Shown piece by piece: positions 1 to 10,631 of a DNA stretch of 64,000 nucleotides. The stretch comes from an uncultured Methanosarcinales archaeon (GTDB lineage Archaea; Halobacteriota; Methanosarcinia; Methanotrichales; Methanotrichaceae), in the NCBI GenBank assembly GCA_963843555.1, contig CAWJKV010000018.1, positions 1-64,000 of the forward strand, written 5' to 3'. Under the pieces are notes generated by a model. The model worked only from the letters and a program-made list of their open reading frames with translations. It ran no database searches and had not been told where the DNA came from. Every line of letters begins with the position of its first letter. The stretch's first letter is position 1. The position numbers and the translations under genes were made by a program.

Positions 1-101
1 ATGCCGCACAACTGTCTGAAGATGGACCCGGCTTCGCGCTCACCGCCAAGGTGAAGGACGCGATCCGCTCGCACCAGCCGACCTGGTGACCGGATCGAGC
101 C

Positions 102-1527
102 ATGGCGCGCCGCACACGCGCTCGATCTTCAGACCCTGTTCAGTGCCCAGCAACGGGCCTTCGCGGCCCAGAGCTTTCCCGGCGCGGCCGTGCGGCTGGA
201 GCGGCTGCAGCGGTTGAGACGGTGGTGGAAGACAACGAGGACCCGATGGCCGGAGGCGATTTCCGCCGACTTCGGTAACCGCTCGCGCCAGGAAACCGCC
301 GTCGCCGAGGTGTTCTTCGTGCTTGCGGTGATCGCGCACGCGCGCGGCCATCTGCGCCGCTGGATGAAAAGGCGGCGCGTCGCCACCTCCTTCCATTCGC
401 TGCCCGGGTCGAGCTGGATCATGCCGCAGCCGCTCGGGGTGGTGGGCATTGTGGAGTCCCTGGAACTACCCGCTGCAACGGGCGCTGGCGCCGGCGGTCG
501 CGGCGCTGGCCGCCGGCAATCGGGTGATGATCAAGCCCAGCGAGACCACGCCGCGGTTCTCGGAGCTGCTGGCCCAGTTGATCGGCCAGCGCTTCGGCGC
601 GGACGAGTGCGCGGTCGTGACCGGCGATGCCGAAACCGGGCGCGATTTCGTGCGCCTGCCCTTCAACCACCTGTTCTTCACGGGTTCCACGGAAGTGGGA
701 CGGAAAGTCGGGGGCTGGCGGCCGCTGCCAACCTGACGCCGGTCACGCTGGAGCTGGGCGGCAAGTCGCCCGTGATCGTGGACGCCAGCGCGAACTTGCC
801 CGACAGCGCCCGCAGGATCGCTGCCGGCAAGCTGTTCAACGCCGGCCAGACCTGCATCGCCCCGGACGTACGTTCGGTGCCCGCCGCGCAGCAGCAGGCG
901 TTCGCGGAGGCCTTCACACGGGCCGTGACCGAGCTGTACCCGACGCTGGAGAACAACCCCGACTACACCAGCATCGTCGACGAACGCCACTACGCCCGGC
1001 TCCAGGGCTTGGAGCAGGACGCGCGCCTGGCCGGTGCCCGGGTCCTGCCCATCAATCCGGGGGGTGATGCCGAAGAACCCGGCGCGCGCAAGATGCGGCC
1101 GACGCTGTTGCTCGACGTCACCGGCGGCATGCGGGTGATGCAGGAAGAAGTGTTCGGGCCGCTGCTGCCGGTGATCGGCTACGAAACGCTGGACGAGGCC
1201 ATTGCCTTCGTCAATGCCAGGCCCCGGCCGCTCGCCCTGTACTGGTTCGGCCGGGACCGGGCGCGCCGGGACCAGGTCCTGCGCCAGACCATCTCGGGCG
1301 GGGTCACGGTCAACGATGTGCTGCTGCACATCGCCCAGGAGAACCTTCCTTTCGGCGGCGTGGGCGACAGTGGCAGCGGCGCGTACCACGGTGAACACGG
1401 CTTCCGGCTGTTCTCGAAGGAGAAGCCCGTGTTCGTGCAATCGCGGCTGGCGGGCACCTGGCTGTTGCGGCCGCCTTACGGCAAGCTCGCCGCCTCGGTG
1501 GTCCGCAATCTCCGGCGCATGGTCTGA
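102..1527 (+). CDS. Coniferyl-aldehyde dehydrogenase-like aldehyde dehydrogenase (several frameshifts)
   Basis: ALDH motifs spread over two frames: PWNYP and KPSE (449-736 frame), FTGST, LELGGKSP, NAGQTCIAPD, EEVFGP, PFGGVGDSGSGAYHG. Start is approximate. Confidence 0.85.
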
Positions 1528-1680
1528 GGCCCGGGAGCGGCGCGCCGTCGCGGGCCTGAATCCCGGCCAACGTAGGACTGGTCGTACAGGGCCAGGGGCG
1601 GTCGTCCTAGCAACTTTCGTAGCTGAGCCTTTTAACATCGCGTCTCCGCTACAAAGTGAGTCCCCCCGGGGACGTGTTGC

Positions 1681-2424
1681 ATGGCCCACGTTGCTTTTCG
1701 AGCGCGCATCCCGTTGCGACACATGCTGGACGCGATCCGGCAACCCTGGAGCCGCCTGCTGCACGGCGCATCACGGCGGACCGCGGACGGCAAGCTCTAC
1801 GTCGGCCAAGGCCAGCCCGTCATGGTCTTTCCGGTGTTCGGGGGCGGGCCCGGGAGCACCGCCAGGCTGCGCAACGTGCTCGACCAGGCCGGATTCACGA
1901 GCTACGACTGGGGCCAGGGCGTCGACAAGGGGCCCGGCGCACTCGGCCTGAACCACTGCCTGGGCCTGCTGGAAGAGCAGGTCATCGATGCGTTCGAGAT
2001 CGAACGCAGGCCCGTCACGCTGGTGGGCTGGGGACTGTCGGGCATCTACGCCCGTGAAGTGGCGAAGCGAACCACGCCGCTGGTGCGCCAGGTGATCACG
2101 CTCAGCACGCCCTTCAACCTGGCGGTGCCGGGCCGGCAGCCGTGTTCCATGCTCCGTGCCTTGCACGACAAACAGGGAAGAATGGACTCGGCCGTTGCGC
2201 TGCGCCTGCGCCAGAGGCCTCCGGTTCCGTGCACCTCCGTCTACAGCATGAGCGACCGGGCGGTTCCCTGGCAGATGTGCCTGGAGACCGAGTCGCTGAT
2301 GTCCGAGAACATCCTGGTTCCCGCTGTCAACCATACCCATCTGGGCAACCATCCCAAGGTCCTGGAAGTCATCACGCACCGGCTGGCGCAGCCCGAAGCG
2401 GCGTGGCGGCCGTTCGACGCCTAG
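1681..2424 (+). CDS. Alpha/beta hydrolase-fold protein (nucleophile elbow atypical)
   Basis: VTLVGWGLSG elbow-like motif (Gly in place of Ser), VRQVITLSTP, PVPCTSVYS and C-terminal His. Confidence 0.7.
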   Translation: MAHVAFRARIPLRHMLDAIRQPWSRLLHGASRRTADGKLYVGQGQPVMVFPVFGGGPGSTARLRNVLDQAGFTSYDWGQGVDKGPGALGLNHCLGLLEEQVIDAFEIERRPVTLVGWGLSGIYAREVAKRTTPLVRQVITLSTPFNLAVPGRQPCSMLRALHDKQGRMDSAVALRLRQRPPVPCTSVYSMSDRAVPWQMCLETESLMSENILVPAVNHTHLGNHPKVLEVITHRLAQPEAAWRPFDA

Positions 2425-2445
2425 CGCCTCGCATCAAGGCGGGCC

Positions 2446-2513
2446 GGCGCCGATCGTTCATGGACACCACCAGCAGCCGTCCGTCCGGCAGCCAGCCCAG
2501 CCCCGACGGTTGA
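2446..2513 (-). pseudogene. Short remnant of an SMP-30/gluconolactonase-family gene
   Basis: Translates to QPSGLGWLPDGRLLVVSMNDRR, a recognisable beta-propeller motif, with no rest of gene. Confidence 0.55.
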
Positions 2514-2660
2514 CACGGCGAGCATAGAAATCCGAGAACCAGAGCGCACCGTCGTGCCAGCGCGGGCTTTCCGGGAATGCAAGTCCCTTGACCCAAAGGT
2601 GGAGAACAGGCGGCAGGGTCATGGTAAGTTCAGCTCTTCCGTTCTTGCTGTGAGCATCCT

Positions 2661-3410
2661 ATGTCATCGAGCCGCCTGAAGAATAAAGTTTGCATCGTCA
2701 CTGGGGCCGCTCAGGGCATCGGCCTGGCCACCGTCCTCAAGTTCGCTCGCGAAGGCGGTCACATCGCCATCTGGGACCTGCAGCAGGCCGGCATCGACGA
2801 GGCGGTGCGCCAGTGCCGGGAATTGGGTGTCGAAGCGATCGGCCATGTGGTCGACGTGACGCAGCGCCCCATGGTGGACGCGGCGGTCGGCCTGGTAAAG
2901 GAGCGGTTCGGCCGCATCGACGTGCTGGTCAACAACGCCGGCATCACCCAGGATGCCCGGCTGCAGAAAATGACGCTGGAGCAGTTCGACCGCGTGATCG
3001 ACGTCAACCTGCGCGGCGTGTTCCATTGCGCGCAGGCGGTGGCGGACACGATGGTGGCACAGGGCAGCGGCGTGATCCTCAACGCCAGCTCGGTGGTCGG
3101 CCTGTACGGCAACTTCGGCCAGACCAACTATGCCGCCACCAAGTTCGGCGTGCTGGGCTTCACCAAGACCTGGAGCCGCGAACTGGGCCCCAAGGGGGTG
3201 CGGGTGAACGCGGTGGCGCCCGGCTTCATCAAGACGCACATCCTGGACAGCATTCCGGAGAAGGTGCTGGAGGACATGAAGCATCGCGTGCCCCTGCACC
3301 GCCTGGGCACGCCGGAAGAGATCGCCAATGTCTACTGCTTCCTGGCCAGCGACGAGGCCAGCTACATCAACGGCGCGGTGATCGAGGTGTCGGGCGGCAT
3401 GACGGTCTGA
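2661..3410 (+). CDS. fabG: 3-oxoacyl-ACP reductase-like SDR
   Basis: [17 protein letters not shown] and NAVAPGFI motifs. Confidence 0.8.
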   Translation: MSSSRLKNKVCIVTGAAQGIGLATVLKFAREGGHIAIWDLQQAGIDEAVRQCRELGVEAIGHVVDVTQRPMVDAAVGLVKERFGRIDVLVNNAGITQDARLQKMTLEQFDRVIDVNLRGVFHCAQAVADTMVAQGSGVILNASSVVGLYGNFGQTNYAATKFGVLGFTKTWSRELGPKGVRVNAVAPGFIKTHILDSIPEKVLEDMKHRVPLHRLGTPEEIANVYCFLASDEASYINGAVIEVSGGMTV

Positions 3411-3446
3411 GAGGCCGGCGAGAGATGCTTGACGCAGGCAAGCAAT

Positions 3447-3465
3447 TGCCTGACCATGTCAGGCA
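3447..3465. promoter_or_regulatory. Probable MarR-type operator
   Basis: Perfect palindrome TGCCTGAC-CAT-GTCAGGCA overlapping the start of the MarR-GNAT gene, with TTGACG (-35-like) at 3429. Confidence 0.65.
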
Positions 3466-4405
3466 TGAAGACCACCACCTCCACGGTCGCGCCGGCCCAG
3501 GTCAAGGCCGTCCGCGGCTTCAACCGCTTCTATACCCAGCGCATCGGGGTGCTGGACCCCTACCTCGGCAGCGAGCTGTCGCTGACCGAGGTGCGCGTGC
3601 TGTACGAGCTGGCGCACCGTGACCAGCCCACGGCGAGCGAACTGGGACGCGACCTGGCGCTGGACGCAGGCTACCTGAGCCGCATCCTGCGCCGTTTCGA
3701 GGGGCGCGGCTGGCTGGCGCGCTCACCCTCGCCCGCCGACGCGAGGCAAAGCCTGTTGCGACTGGCCGAAGCCGGCCACAAGGCTTTCGCACCCCTGCAG
3801 CAGAAGTCGCGCGATGAAGCGGCGGCGCTGCTGGCCGGGCTGTCGGTCCCGGCGCGCGACCGGCTGATCGGCGCGATGGCCACGGTGCAGCAACTCCTGG
3901 CTCCCGCCGACGCCGCTGCCGCACGCCCCGACGTGGTGCTGCGCGACCCGGGTCCCGGCGACATGGGCTGGGTGGTGCAGCAGCACGGCGAATCTACTGG
4001 CGCGAGTACCGCTTCAACAGCGAGTTCGAGGGCCTGGTGGCCGAGATCGCGGCGAAGTACATCCTGAACTTCGACCCGCAGCGTGAGAAAGGCTGGATCG
4101 CCCAGATCGAGGGCGAGCGGGTGGGTTCGGTGTTCGTGGTGCGCCGTTCGACGACCATTGCGCAACTGCGCCTGCTGATCCTCACGCCCGGTGCGCGCGG
4201 CCATGGATTGGGCGGCCGTCTCGTCGACGAATGCATCGCCTTCGCCCGGAGCAAGGGCTACCGCAAGCTGATGCTGTGGACCCAAAGCAACCTGCTGGCG
4301 GCGCGCACGATCTACCGGTCGCGCGGGTTCAAGTGCGTCAAGAGCGAGCCCTACCCCGCCTATGGCCAGAAACTGGTCAGCGAAGTGTGGGAGTTGAAGC
4401 TATAA
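3465..4405 (+). CDS. MarR-family HTH plus GNAT acetyltransferase fusion (frameshift near 3990)
   Basis: VRGFNRFYT..SLTEVRVLYEL..LDAGYLSRIL MarR domain, then RLLILTPGARGHGLGGRLV GNAT motif A in the next frame. Confidence 0.85.
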
Positions 4406-4431
4406 ATCCTGCCTTCACCCCCGGGAAGACG

Positions 4432-5340
4432 GTGAACTGGCCGCTGGTCGCCGCCGCGGGCACCGGGGTGCAGGTGGGCGCGGCCATCGTGGCCTCGCGC
4501 TTCGCGGTGGGCGAAGTGCCGCCGCTGACGCTGGCCATGCTGCGCTACGCGATCGGTTTTTGTTGCCTGCTGCCCTTCGCGTGGCGCGGGATGCGGGACT
4601 TTCCTGGCTCCCCCGACGCTGCACCCGTCAACGCGAGCCGGGCCCGCGACCTGCTGGCGATGGCGGCATTGGGCATCGGTCAGTTCGGCGTGCTGATCGC
4701 CCTGCTGAACTTCGGGCTGCAGCACATAGCGGCGGCGCAGGCCGCGCTGATCTTCAGCCTGTTTCCCCTGCTCACCCTGCTGCTCGCGGCAGCGCTCGGT
4801 CGCGAGCGAATCACCTGGCAGTTGCTGCTGGGCGTCGTGCTCACGATCGCGGGCGTGGCACTGACCCTGGCACCCAAGCTGGGGGCCCCGCGGGCCGGCC
4901 ACTGGTGGGGCGAACTCGCGGTGGCGGCGGCCGCGGCCACCGGGGCCCTGTGCAGCGTGCTGTATCGACCTTATCTGCGGCGTTATCCGACGGTGCCGGT
5001 GTCTGCCTTCGCCATGCTGGCCTCGGTGCTGTTCCTGGCCGTGCTCGCCACCGGCGAGCACTGGCCGGCACGCCTCGCGAGCTTCAGCACCTCCGCATGG
5101 GCCGCCATTGCTTTCATCGGTGTGTCCAGCGGCATCGGTTATTTCTGGTGGCTGTATGCCCTCAAGCACGAATCGCCGACCCGAGTGACGGTGTTCCTGG
5201 GCCTCAACCCGGTGACGGCGGCGCTGCTGGGGTGGGCGCTGCTGGGAGAAACGCTGCCGCCCGCGGCGTTGGCGGCGCTGGCATTGACCGTGGCGGGCCT
5301 CTGGCTCGCAACCCGCGGTCCGAGATCGACCGCGTCGTGA
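4432..5340 (+). CDS. EamA/DMT family transporter
   Basis: About ten hydrophobic segments, PPLTLAMLRY, ALGRERIT, LNPVTAALLGWALLGE. Confidence 0.85.
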   Translation: MNWPLVAAAGTGVQVGAAIVASRFAVGEVPPLTLAMLRYAIGFCCLLPFAWRGMRDFPGSPDAAPVNASRARDLLAMAALGIGQFGVLIALLNFGLQHIAAAQAALIFSLFPLLTLLLAAALGRERITWQLLLGVVLTIAGVALTLAPKLGAPRAGHWWGELAVAAAAATGALCSVLYRPYLRRYPTVPVSAFAMLASVLFLAVLATGEHWPARLASFSTSAWAAIAFIGVSSGIGYFWWLYALKHESPTRVTVFLGLNPVTAALLGWALLGETLPPAALAALALTVAGLWLATRGPRSTAS

Positions 5341-5378
5341 CGCCGGCTGCTTGACGCAGGGACGCCATAATCCCCGGG

Positions 5379-5975
5379 ATGATGTCATCGCCCGAGGCGC
5401 CGATCGCAGCGCCAACCCCGCCTCGCTCGCAGCCACAGTCGCTCACCGATCTGTTCGTCTCCTTCACCGTGCTGGCCCTGCAGGGCTTTGGCGGCGTGCT
5501 GGCCGTCGCGCAGCGCGAACTGGTGGAGCGCAAACGCTGGATGACGAACGAGGAATTCGTCGAGGAATGGGCCGTGGCGCAGATCATGCCCGGCCCCAAC
5601 ATCATCAACCTGTGCATCATGATCGGCGGGCGCTATTTCGGCCTGCGCGGTGCGCTGGCCGCCCTGGCCGGCATGCTGCGGTGCCGCTGTCTGGTGCTGC
5701 TGCTGGCGCCCTGCTCTACGCCCAGTACGCCAATCATCCGGGCGTGATCGGCGCGTTGCGTGGCATGGGGGCCGTGGCCGCCGGCCTGATCGTGGCCACC
5801 GGTCTCAAGCTGTTTCCGGCCCTGAAGAAGAACGCCCTCGGCATGGGCGTGTGTATCGCGCTGGCGTCCTTGCGTTTCGTTGCCGTGGCCATCCTGCGCT
5901 GGCCGCTGGCCTACGTGCTGCTCGGCCTGGGCGTTGTCGCCTGCACCCTCGCCTACCGGAAGACTCAAGGCATGA
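5379..5975 (+). CDS. Short-chain chromate transporter (CHR family) subunit 1, frameshifted
   Basis: GFGG, ELVERKRW and AQIMPGP motifs; continues in another frame after ~5680. Confidence 0.8.
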
Positions 5976-6552
5976 ACATCGTCCTGCACTTCGGCTGGAA
6001 CGACTGGCTGTCATGTTCTGCACCCACTTCCTCTCGCTCTCGCTGCTCGCCGTCGGCGGCGCCATCACCACCGCACCGGACATGCACCGTTATCTGGTGG
6101 ACCAGCAGGGCTGGCTGACGGACCGCCAGTTCAATGCCTCGATTGCCATCGCCCAGGCCGCGCCCGGCCCCAATGTCCTCTTCGTCGCGCTGATGGGCTG
6201 GAACGTCGGCCTCAATGCCGGCGGCCTGTGGCATGCGCTGCTGGGCGTGCTGCTCTCCATGCTGGGCATCATGCTGCCCAGCTCCGCCCTGACCTACTTC
6301 GCTTCGCGCTGGGGCCATGAGAACCGCGAGCTGCGCGCCGTGCGCGCCTTCAAGCAGGGCATGGCGCCCATCGTCATCGCGCTGCTGATCGCCACCGGCT
6401 GGATCCTGGCCAGCGCGCAGCGCGACCCGGCGCACGACTGGCCGCTGTGGCTGATGACCGTGGTCAGCGCGCTCATCGTCTGGCGCACCCGGCTGCACCT
6501 GCTGTGGCTGCTGGGTGCCGGCGCCCTGCTGGGCTGGTTCGGCTGGATTTGA
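5972..6552 (+). CDS. Short-chain chromate transporter (CHR family) subunit 2, frameshift near 5' end
   Basis: AVGGA, IAQAAPGPN and MLPSS motifs; ATGA overlap with the previous gene. Confidence 0.8.
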
Positions 6553-6570
6553 GTCCGGCCGGGCCGGGCT

Positions 6571-6972
6571 TCAATCCAGGATCAGCTGAGTCTGCGTGAC
6601 CACCGCACAGAGCTTGCCTTCGGCCGACCGGATCGCCGTCTGCCAGACCATCGTCGTCCTGCCGCGGTGCAGCGCGATGCACTCCCCCACCACCGTGGTG
6701 TCCAGTTTCGCCGCGCCGATGAACTTGGTGCTGGAATCGGTCGTCGTGGTTCGCTTGCCCTTGGGCAGGTTCAGCACCGTCCCGATTGCGCCCAAGGTGT
6801 CGGCAAAAGCCATGTAGGCGCCGCCGTGCAGGATGTGCCCGGCGGTGCAGAGGTTAGCGCGGACCCGCAGCTCGCCCACCACCCGCTCGGGCGCCAGATC
6901 GACAAGACGCACGCCCATCAGGCCGGGAAAGAGCGGCTCCAGCAGCTGCTGGATGGACGCTATCGAATGCAT
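6571..6972 (-). CDS. PaaI family thioesterase
   Basis: HGGAYMAFADTLG hot-dog fold motif and HRGRTTMVWQ. Confidence 0.85.
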   Translation of the reverse strand: MHSIASIQQLLEPLFPGLMGVRLVDLAPERVVGELRVRANLCTAGHILHGGAYMAFADTLGAIGTVLNLPKGKRTTTTDSSTKFIGAAKLDTTVVGECIALHRGRTTMVWQTAIRSAEGKLCAVVTQTQLILD

Positions 6973-6985
6973 GGGGTCTCCTTGA

Positions 6986-7759
6986 TCAGTTGCCGGCGGG
7001 GCTCGTACGCCGCAGCGCTTGCCAATAATCCGGACTTTCCGAAATCGTATTGTGGCCGGCCCCGGCAATCACTTTCATGATGGCGACGCCGCTCGGAAAC
7101 CGTGCATACAGCTGTTCGGTGCTCCACCGCGGAATCACTTCGTCGCGCTCAGCTGCGATGATCAGCGTGGGGGCTGTGACGCGAGGCGCCCAGCCGCCGG
7201 ATTCGTACTTGTCGACGAGCAGCCACCGCACCGGGAAATACGGGAAGAGTGTTGCGGCCAGGCCCGACAGACTCTCAAAAGGCGTCACGAGAATCAGGCG
7301 CCGGACCGGACGCACAACAGCCAGCCGGACCGCCAGTGCGCTGCCCAGGCTTCTCCCCATCACCGTGACCTGGGGCTGTTCGGCGCTGACCTTGTCGAAC
7401 AGCAGCAGCGCATCCTGCTGCAAGGCCTTCTCCGAAGGCGTACCCGTACTGCCGCCATACCCGCGGTAATTCATCAAGTAGATCGCGTGGTCGGGAAAGG
7501 CCGCGGGCAGCGACGCGAGGTTCGCGGACACGTCCTCGGCATTGCCGCCGAAATAGACCAATGCCTTGGGCCCGTTGTGGCGCCGCATCGAAACGACAAG
7601 CTCGGCACCATCGACAGCCAATGTCATCCGCTCCGCCGACGTGCCGTTCGCGCTCGGCTGTGGGTAGTAGATCATCGCCCGCTGCCGGAAAAATATCGCT
7701 GCGCAGGCGGCCAGGTACAGGACGGCAAGGATCGCGAGGAGCGTGAGGAGGATGCGCAT
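6986..7759 (-). CDS. Membrane-anchored alpha/beta hydrolase
   Basis: N-terminal TM segment, YFGGNAE, YRGYGGS, GRSLG nucleophile, DEVIP and GAGHN. Confidence 0.85.
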   Translation of the reverse strand: MRILLTLLAILAVLYLAACAAIFFRQRAMIYYPQPSANGTSAERMTLAVDGAELVVSMRRHNGPKALVYFGGNAEDVSANLASLPAAFPDHAIYLMNYRGYGGSTGTPSEKALQQDALLLFDKVSAEQPQVTVMGRSLGSALAVRLAVVRPVRRLILVTPFESLSGLAATLFPYFPVRWLLVDKYESGGWAPRVTAPTLIIAAERDEVIPRWSTEQLYARFPSGVAIMKVIAGAGHNTISESPDYWQALRRTSPAGN

Positions 7760-7778
7760 CAGCGACGGACGGCGACGT

Positions 7779-8195
7779 TCAGGCATCGCGCCGATAGCGA
7801 CCACGGTGCCACGCCGGTGGGAAGTACCACCATGTGGCCGCCACCAGCAACCCGAACAGCGAATAGCCGGCGACGAACACCCATGGTGGGGCATCGTAGT
7901 AAAGCACCCGCCCGAGCCAGTGCTCGATGAAGCTGCCACTGTAGGTCGGGGCGCGGGCCTTCGCGCGAAGCCACATTTCGAACGTCGTGAGCGGGCAAGT
8001 CACGCCGATCCAGACCTCGCTGACCACGACACCGATGGCGGCCAGATGCGCGAGCCGGAACCCGAAGTTGTTGACCCAATGCCAGCGCCGCAGGTTGCCA
8101 ACGACGACGAGCACCAAGCCGGCGACCACGAATACGACAATGGCGACGTGCAGCGCGAGCACGGTGTCGGCGAGAAGCTGGTACGGCAGGGACAC
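7779..8195 (-). CDS. DUF2784-type membrane protein
   Basis: LADTVLALH...RLAHL...CPLTTFEMWLR...FIEHWL..LYY pattern. Confidence 0.75.
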   Translation of the reverse strand: MSLPYQLLADTVLALHVAIVVFVVAGLVLVVVGNLRRWHWVNNFGFRLAHLAAIGVVVSEVWIGVTCPLTTFEMWLRAKARAPTYSGSFIEHWLGRVLYYDAPPWVFVAGYSLFGLLVAATWWYFPPAWHRGRYRRDA

Positions 8196-8214
8196 CCGGG
8201 CACCTCCGAAGGCT

Positions 8215-8505
8215 TCACTTCGGGCTTCGCCCCAACCAGCAATACACGCCGCCGACCACGATGACCGTGGCCAATGAACTCCCGGCCATGGCCATCGCCG
8301 ATGGCGGCGCCGGCATGCTTTGCCACAGCCCCAGATCGACTTTGGTGGAATCTGCGCCCAACAGCGGCAGTTCGGGCACATGGACGAGCGCGTCAAGAAG
8401 CCAATGCGAGAAGACGGCGGCCCCGACAAGTGCGGCGGCGCGGAAGCGGCCGATTTTCTCGACTCGCCCGATCGCGAGCGCGGCTCCCATGTGACCGGCG
8501 AACAT
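8215..8505 (-). pseudogene. Internally deleted membrane metal-dependent hydrolase-like gene
   Basis: MFAGH start and SHWLLDALVH..ELPL..GLW motifs are present, but the product is only 96 aa with intervening segments apparently missing. Confidence 0.5.
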
Positions 8506-8550
8506 GCTGCAGCTTTCTTCGTCCCAGCGTCGCGCGTTGCCCGTCTGTGG

Positions 8551-8772
8551 CTAGCCCTTCTTGCCACCCAACAGAAGCAGCGCGCCGCCTATCACAATCG
8601 CGCCGATACCCGCCCACACCGGCACGTTCACCGTCTCTTTCTCCTTGACGGACAGCTCGAGCGGGCCGATCTTCAGCTGCTGGGTGTCCTTGGTGTAGCT
8701 GAACCCCCCGTACATCAATGCGAGGGCCCCACCCACGATCAGGACGATCCCCACCATCTTGGCTGCGTTCAT
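8551..8772 (-). CDS. Small two-TM membrane protein (DUF3185-like)
   Basis: TM-GGFSYTK..KIGPLELSVKEKETVNVPVWAG-TM; purine-rich RBS upstream. Confidence 0.7.
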   Translation of the reverse strand: MNAAKMVGIVLIVGGALALMYGGFSYTKDTQQLKIGPLELSVKEKETVNVPVWAGIGAIVIGGALLLLGGKKG

Positions 8773-8830
8773 TCTGTGTTCCTTTTCCTTGGAGGCGAAC
8801 CTCGTGACGAAAACCGTACTTTCCGCACGT

Positions 8831-8902
8831 TGGCGCCGACGGCGCTCGTCCGATTGTGATACGAGTCGGCGCCAGACGGGGCGATCTCCAGGAGATCGCC
8901 CC
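8831..8902. repeat. Two adjacent inverted repeats
   Basis: TGGCGCCGAC(8831)/GTCGGCGCCA(8865) and GGGGCGATCTCC-A-GGAGATCGCCCC (8878-8902). Confidence 0.7.
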
Positions 8903-8945
8903 CAGTCGCGGAGTCGTGCCTCGCAAGGCGCGCCGTCGCGGCACC

Positions 8946-9893
8946 CTAGTGCTGATCCGTGAAACGTGGGACCTCGCGCCCGTCCAGGTATGCCAGGAGC
9001 ACATCCGCCGCAGCGTCGGCGAACTGCTCGTACTTGCTGTCGGTGGGCCAGCCCACATGGGGCGTGAGAATGACATTCGGCAAAGTCGTCAATGGGTGTC
9101 CGGGCGGCAACGGCTCGCTGTCGAAGACGTCAAGCCCCGCTCCCGCGAGCCGTCGGTTCGCCAGCGCGTCCACCAATGCGGCTTCATCGACGATGGGGCC
9201 GCGTGCAGTATTGATCAGGTAGGCCGTCGGCTTCATCAATGCCAGCCGACGGGCGTCGAGCAGTCCCCGCGTTTGCGGCGCCAGGGTTGCGTGTACGGAA
9301 ACGACATCGGAGGCCCGCAACAGATCATCCAGTTCAGTCGGTACGGCACCCACCGACGCCGCTGAGCCGTCGTCCGGACGCCGGCTCCAGGACAGAACGC
9401 GCATGCCAAAGACATTCGCGATCCTGGCGACGTGGCGGCCGACATGCCCCAGACCGACGATCCCCATGGTCTTGCCATTCAGTTCATGGCCCATCGGGGT
9501 CGGCCACTCGCCTGACTTTACCGCGGCATCCATGGCCGGAATCTGGCGCATCAGCGCGATCGCCAGGCCGATAGCGAGCTCCCCTGCCCCGGTAGAAAAA
9601 CCTGAATTTCCCTTTGCCACGACGATCCCACGCTCCTGCGCGGCGGCCAGATCGATGTGGTACGCGTGGCCTCCGGTCTGCGCCAGGATCCGCAGGTCCG
9701 GCAGTTGCTCGAACAGGGCGCGTGTGAACCGCGTGCGTTCGCGATTGGCGATCAGTGCATCGAACCCGCGCAACATCAGCGGCGAACCGAATGGCGCAGT
9801 GAATATCCGGACATCGGCTCGCTCCCGTAGCCGGCGCACACCGGCCGTGTGCTCATAGGCCTGGTGAATGTCATCGAGAATCGCGACTCGCAT
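8946..9893 (-). CDS. D-2-hydroxyacid dehydrogenase family protein
   Basis: GIVGLGHVG, INTARGPIVDE, GAGLDVF and TPHVG. Confidence 0.9.
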   Translation of the reverse strand: MRVAILDDIHQAYEHTAGVRRLRERADVRIFTAPFGSPLMLRGFDALIANRERTRFTRALFEQLPDLRILAQTGGHAYHIDLAAAQERGIVVAKGNSGFSTGAGELAIGLAIALMRQIPAMDAAVKSGEWPTPMGHELNGKTMGIVGLGHVGRHVARIANVFGMRVLSWSRRPDDGSAASVGAVPTELDDLLRASDVVSVHATLAPQTRGLLDARRLALMKPTAYLINTARGPIVDEAALVDALANRRLAGAGLDVFDSEPLPPGHPLTTLPNVILTPHVGWPTDSKYEQFADAAADVLLAYLDGREVPRFTDQH

Positions 9894-9907
9894 CTGTGCC
9901 TTTGACT

Positions 9908-10126
9908 TCAGCCTGGCCGTGAGCAGCAACCGGACGACTGCTGGATGGGCGGGCATTTGACGCTGCCGAACGAGCAGAACACACAGCAATCGCCGGCATT
10001 GGGGCTAAGCAGGTCGCCGCAGCCGGTGCACTGGTAAAAGTAGAGACATGCATCCACCGGCATTTCTTCTTCCGCGGCGGTGCCGCATTTCGGGCAGGTG
10101 ATCACGGAGCGAGTCAATATTTCCAT
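9908..10126 (-). CDS. GDCCVxC domain small Cys-rich protein
   Basis: ITCPKCG...GDCCVFCSFGSVKCPPIQ; all positions are Cys with no in-frame TGA. Confidence 0.85.
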   Translation of the reverse strand: MEILTRSVITCPKCGTAAEEEMPVDACLYFYQCTGCGDLLSPNAGDCCVFCSFGSVKCPPIQQSSGCCSRPG

Positions 10127-10167
10127 GGTGATGCGCACTGAGGCGACCTAAGGCGAGAACGGGTGGT

Positions 10168-10623
10168 TTAGAGGGACCTGGTCATGAAGACACTGTTTGG
10201 GTCCAGCAGGTAATCAGCGAACGGCCCACAGTACGCAAAGCCAAAGCTCTCGTAGAGCTTCTGAGCCGGCTGGAAGGCCGACATCGAGCCCGTTTCAAGA
10301 CTCAGGCGCTCATATCGGCGCCTCCTGGCCTCTTGCATGATGTGGTTGAGCATCGCCTGCGCCACGCCTCTTCTGCGATGGGCAACGGAAGTCCGCATGG
10401 ACTTGATCTCTCCATGCAGTGGACTCAGCTCCTTGAGCGCGCCGCAGCCAAGCAATTCGCTATTCGACCAAGCCGTCCAGAAGCTGATTCCAGGCCCGCG
10501 CAAGGCATCGATATCGAGGGCGTGCACGCTCTCAGGCGGCGAGAGCAGCGCCATGTCCCGCAGGTGCTCGTCAAGCAGCGCGTGGATCTCCGGCCCGGAG
10601 AGATCGTCAAGTCCTATTTGCAC
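10168..10623 (-). CDS. GNAT N-acetyltransferase
   Basis: SPPESVHALD, GEIKSMRT, RRRGVA and LSLETG. Confidence 0.85.
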   Translation of the reverse strand: MQIGLDDLSGPEIHALLDEHLRDMALLSPPESVHALDIDALRGPGISFWTAWSNSELLGCGALKELSPLHGEIKSMRTSVAHRRRGVAQAMLNHIMQEARRRRYERLSLETGSMSAFQPAQKLYESFGFAYCGPFADYLLDPNSVFMTRSL

Positions 10624-10631
10624 GACGCGCT

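Noticed and set aside
9908..10126. Selenoprotein
   Set aside because: No in-frame TGA; all motif positions are Cys.
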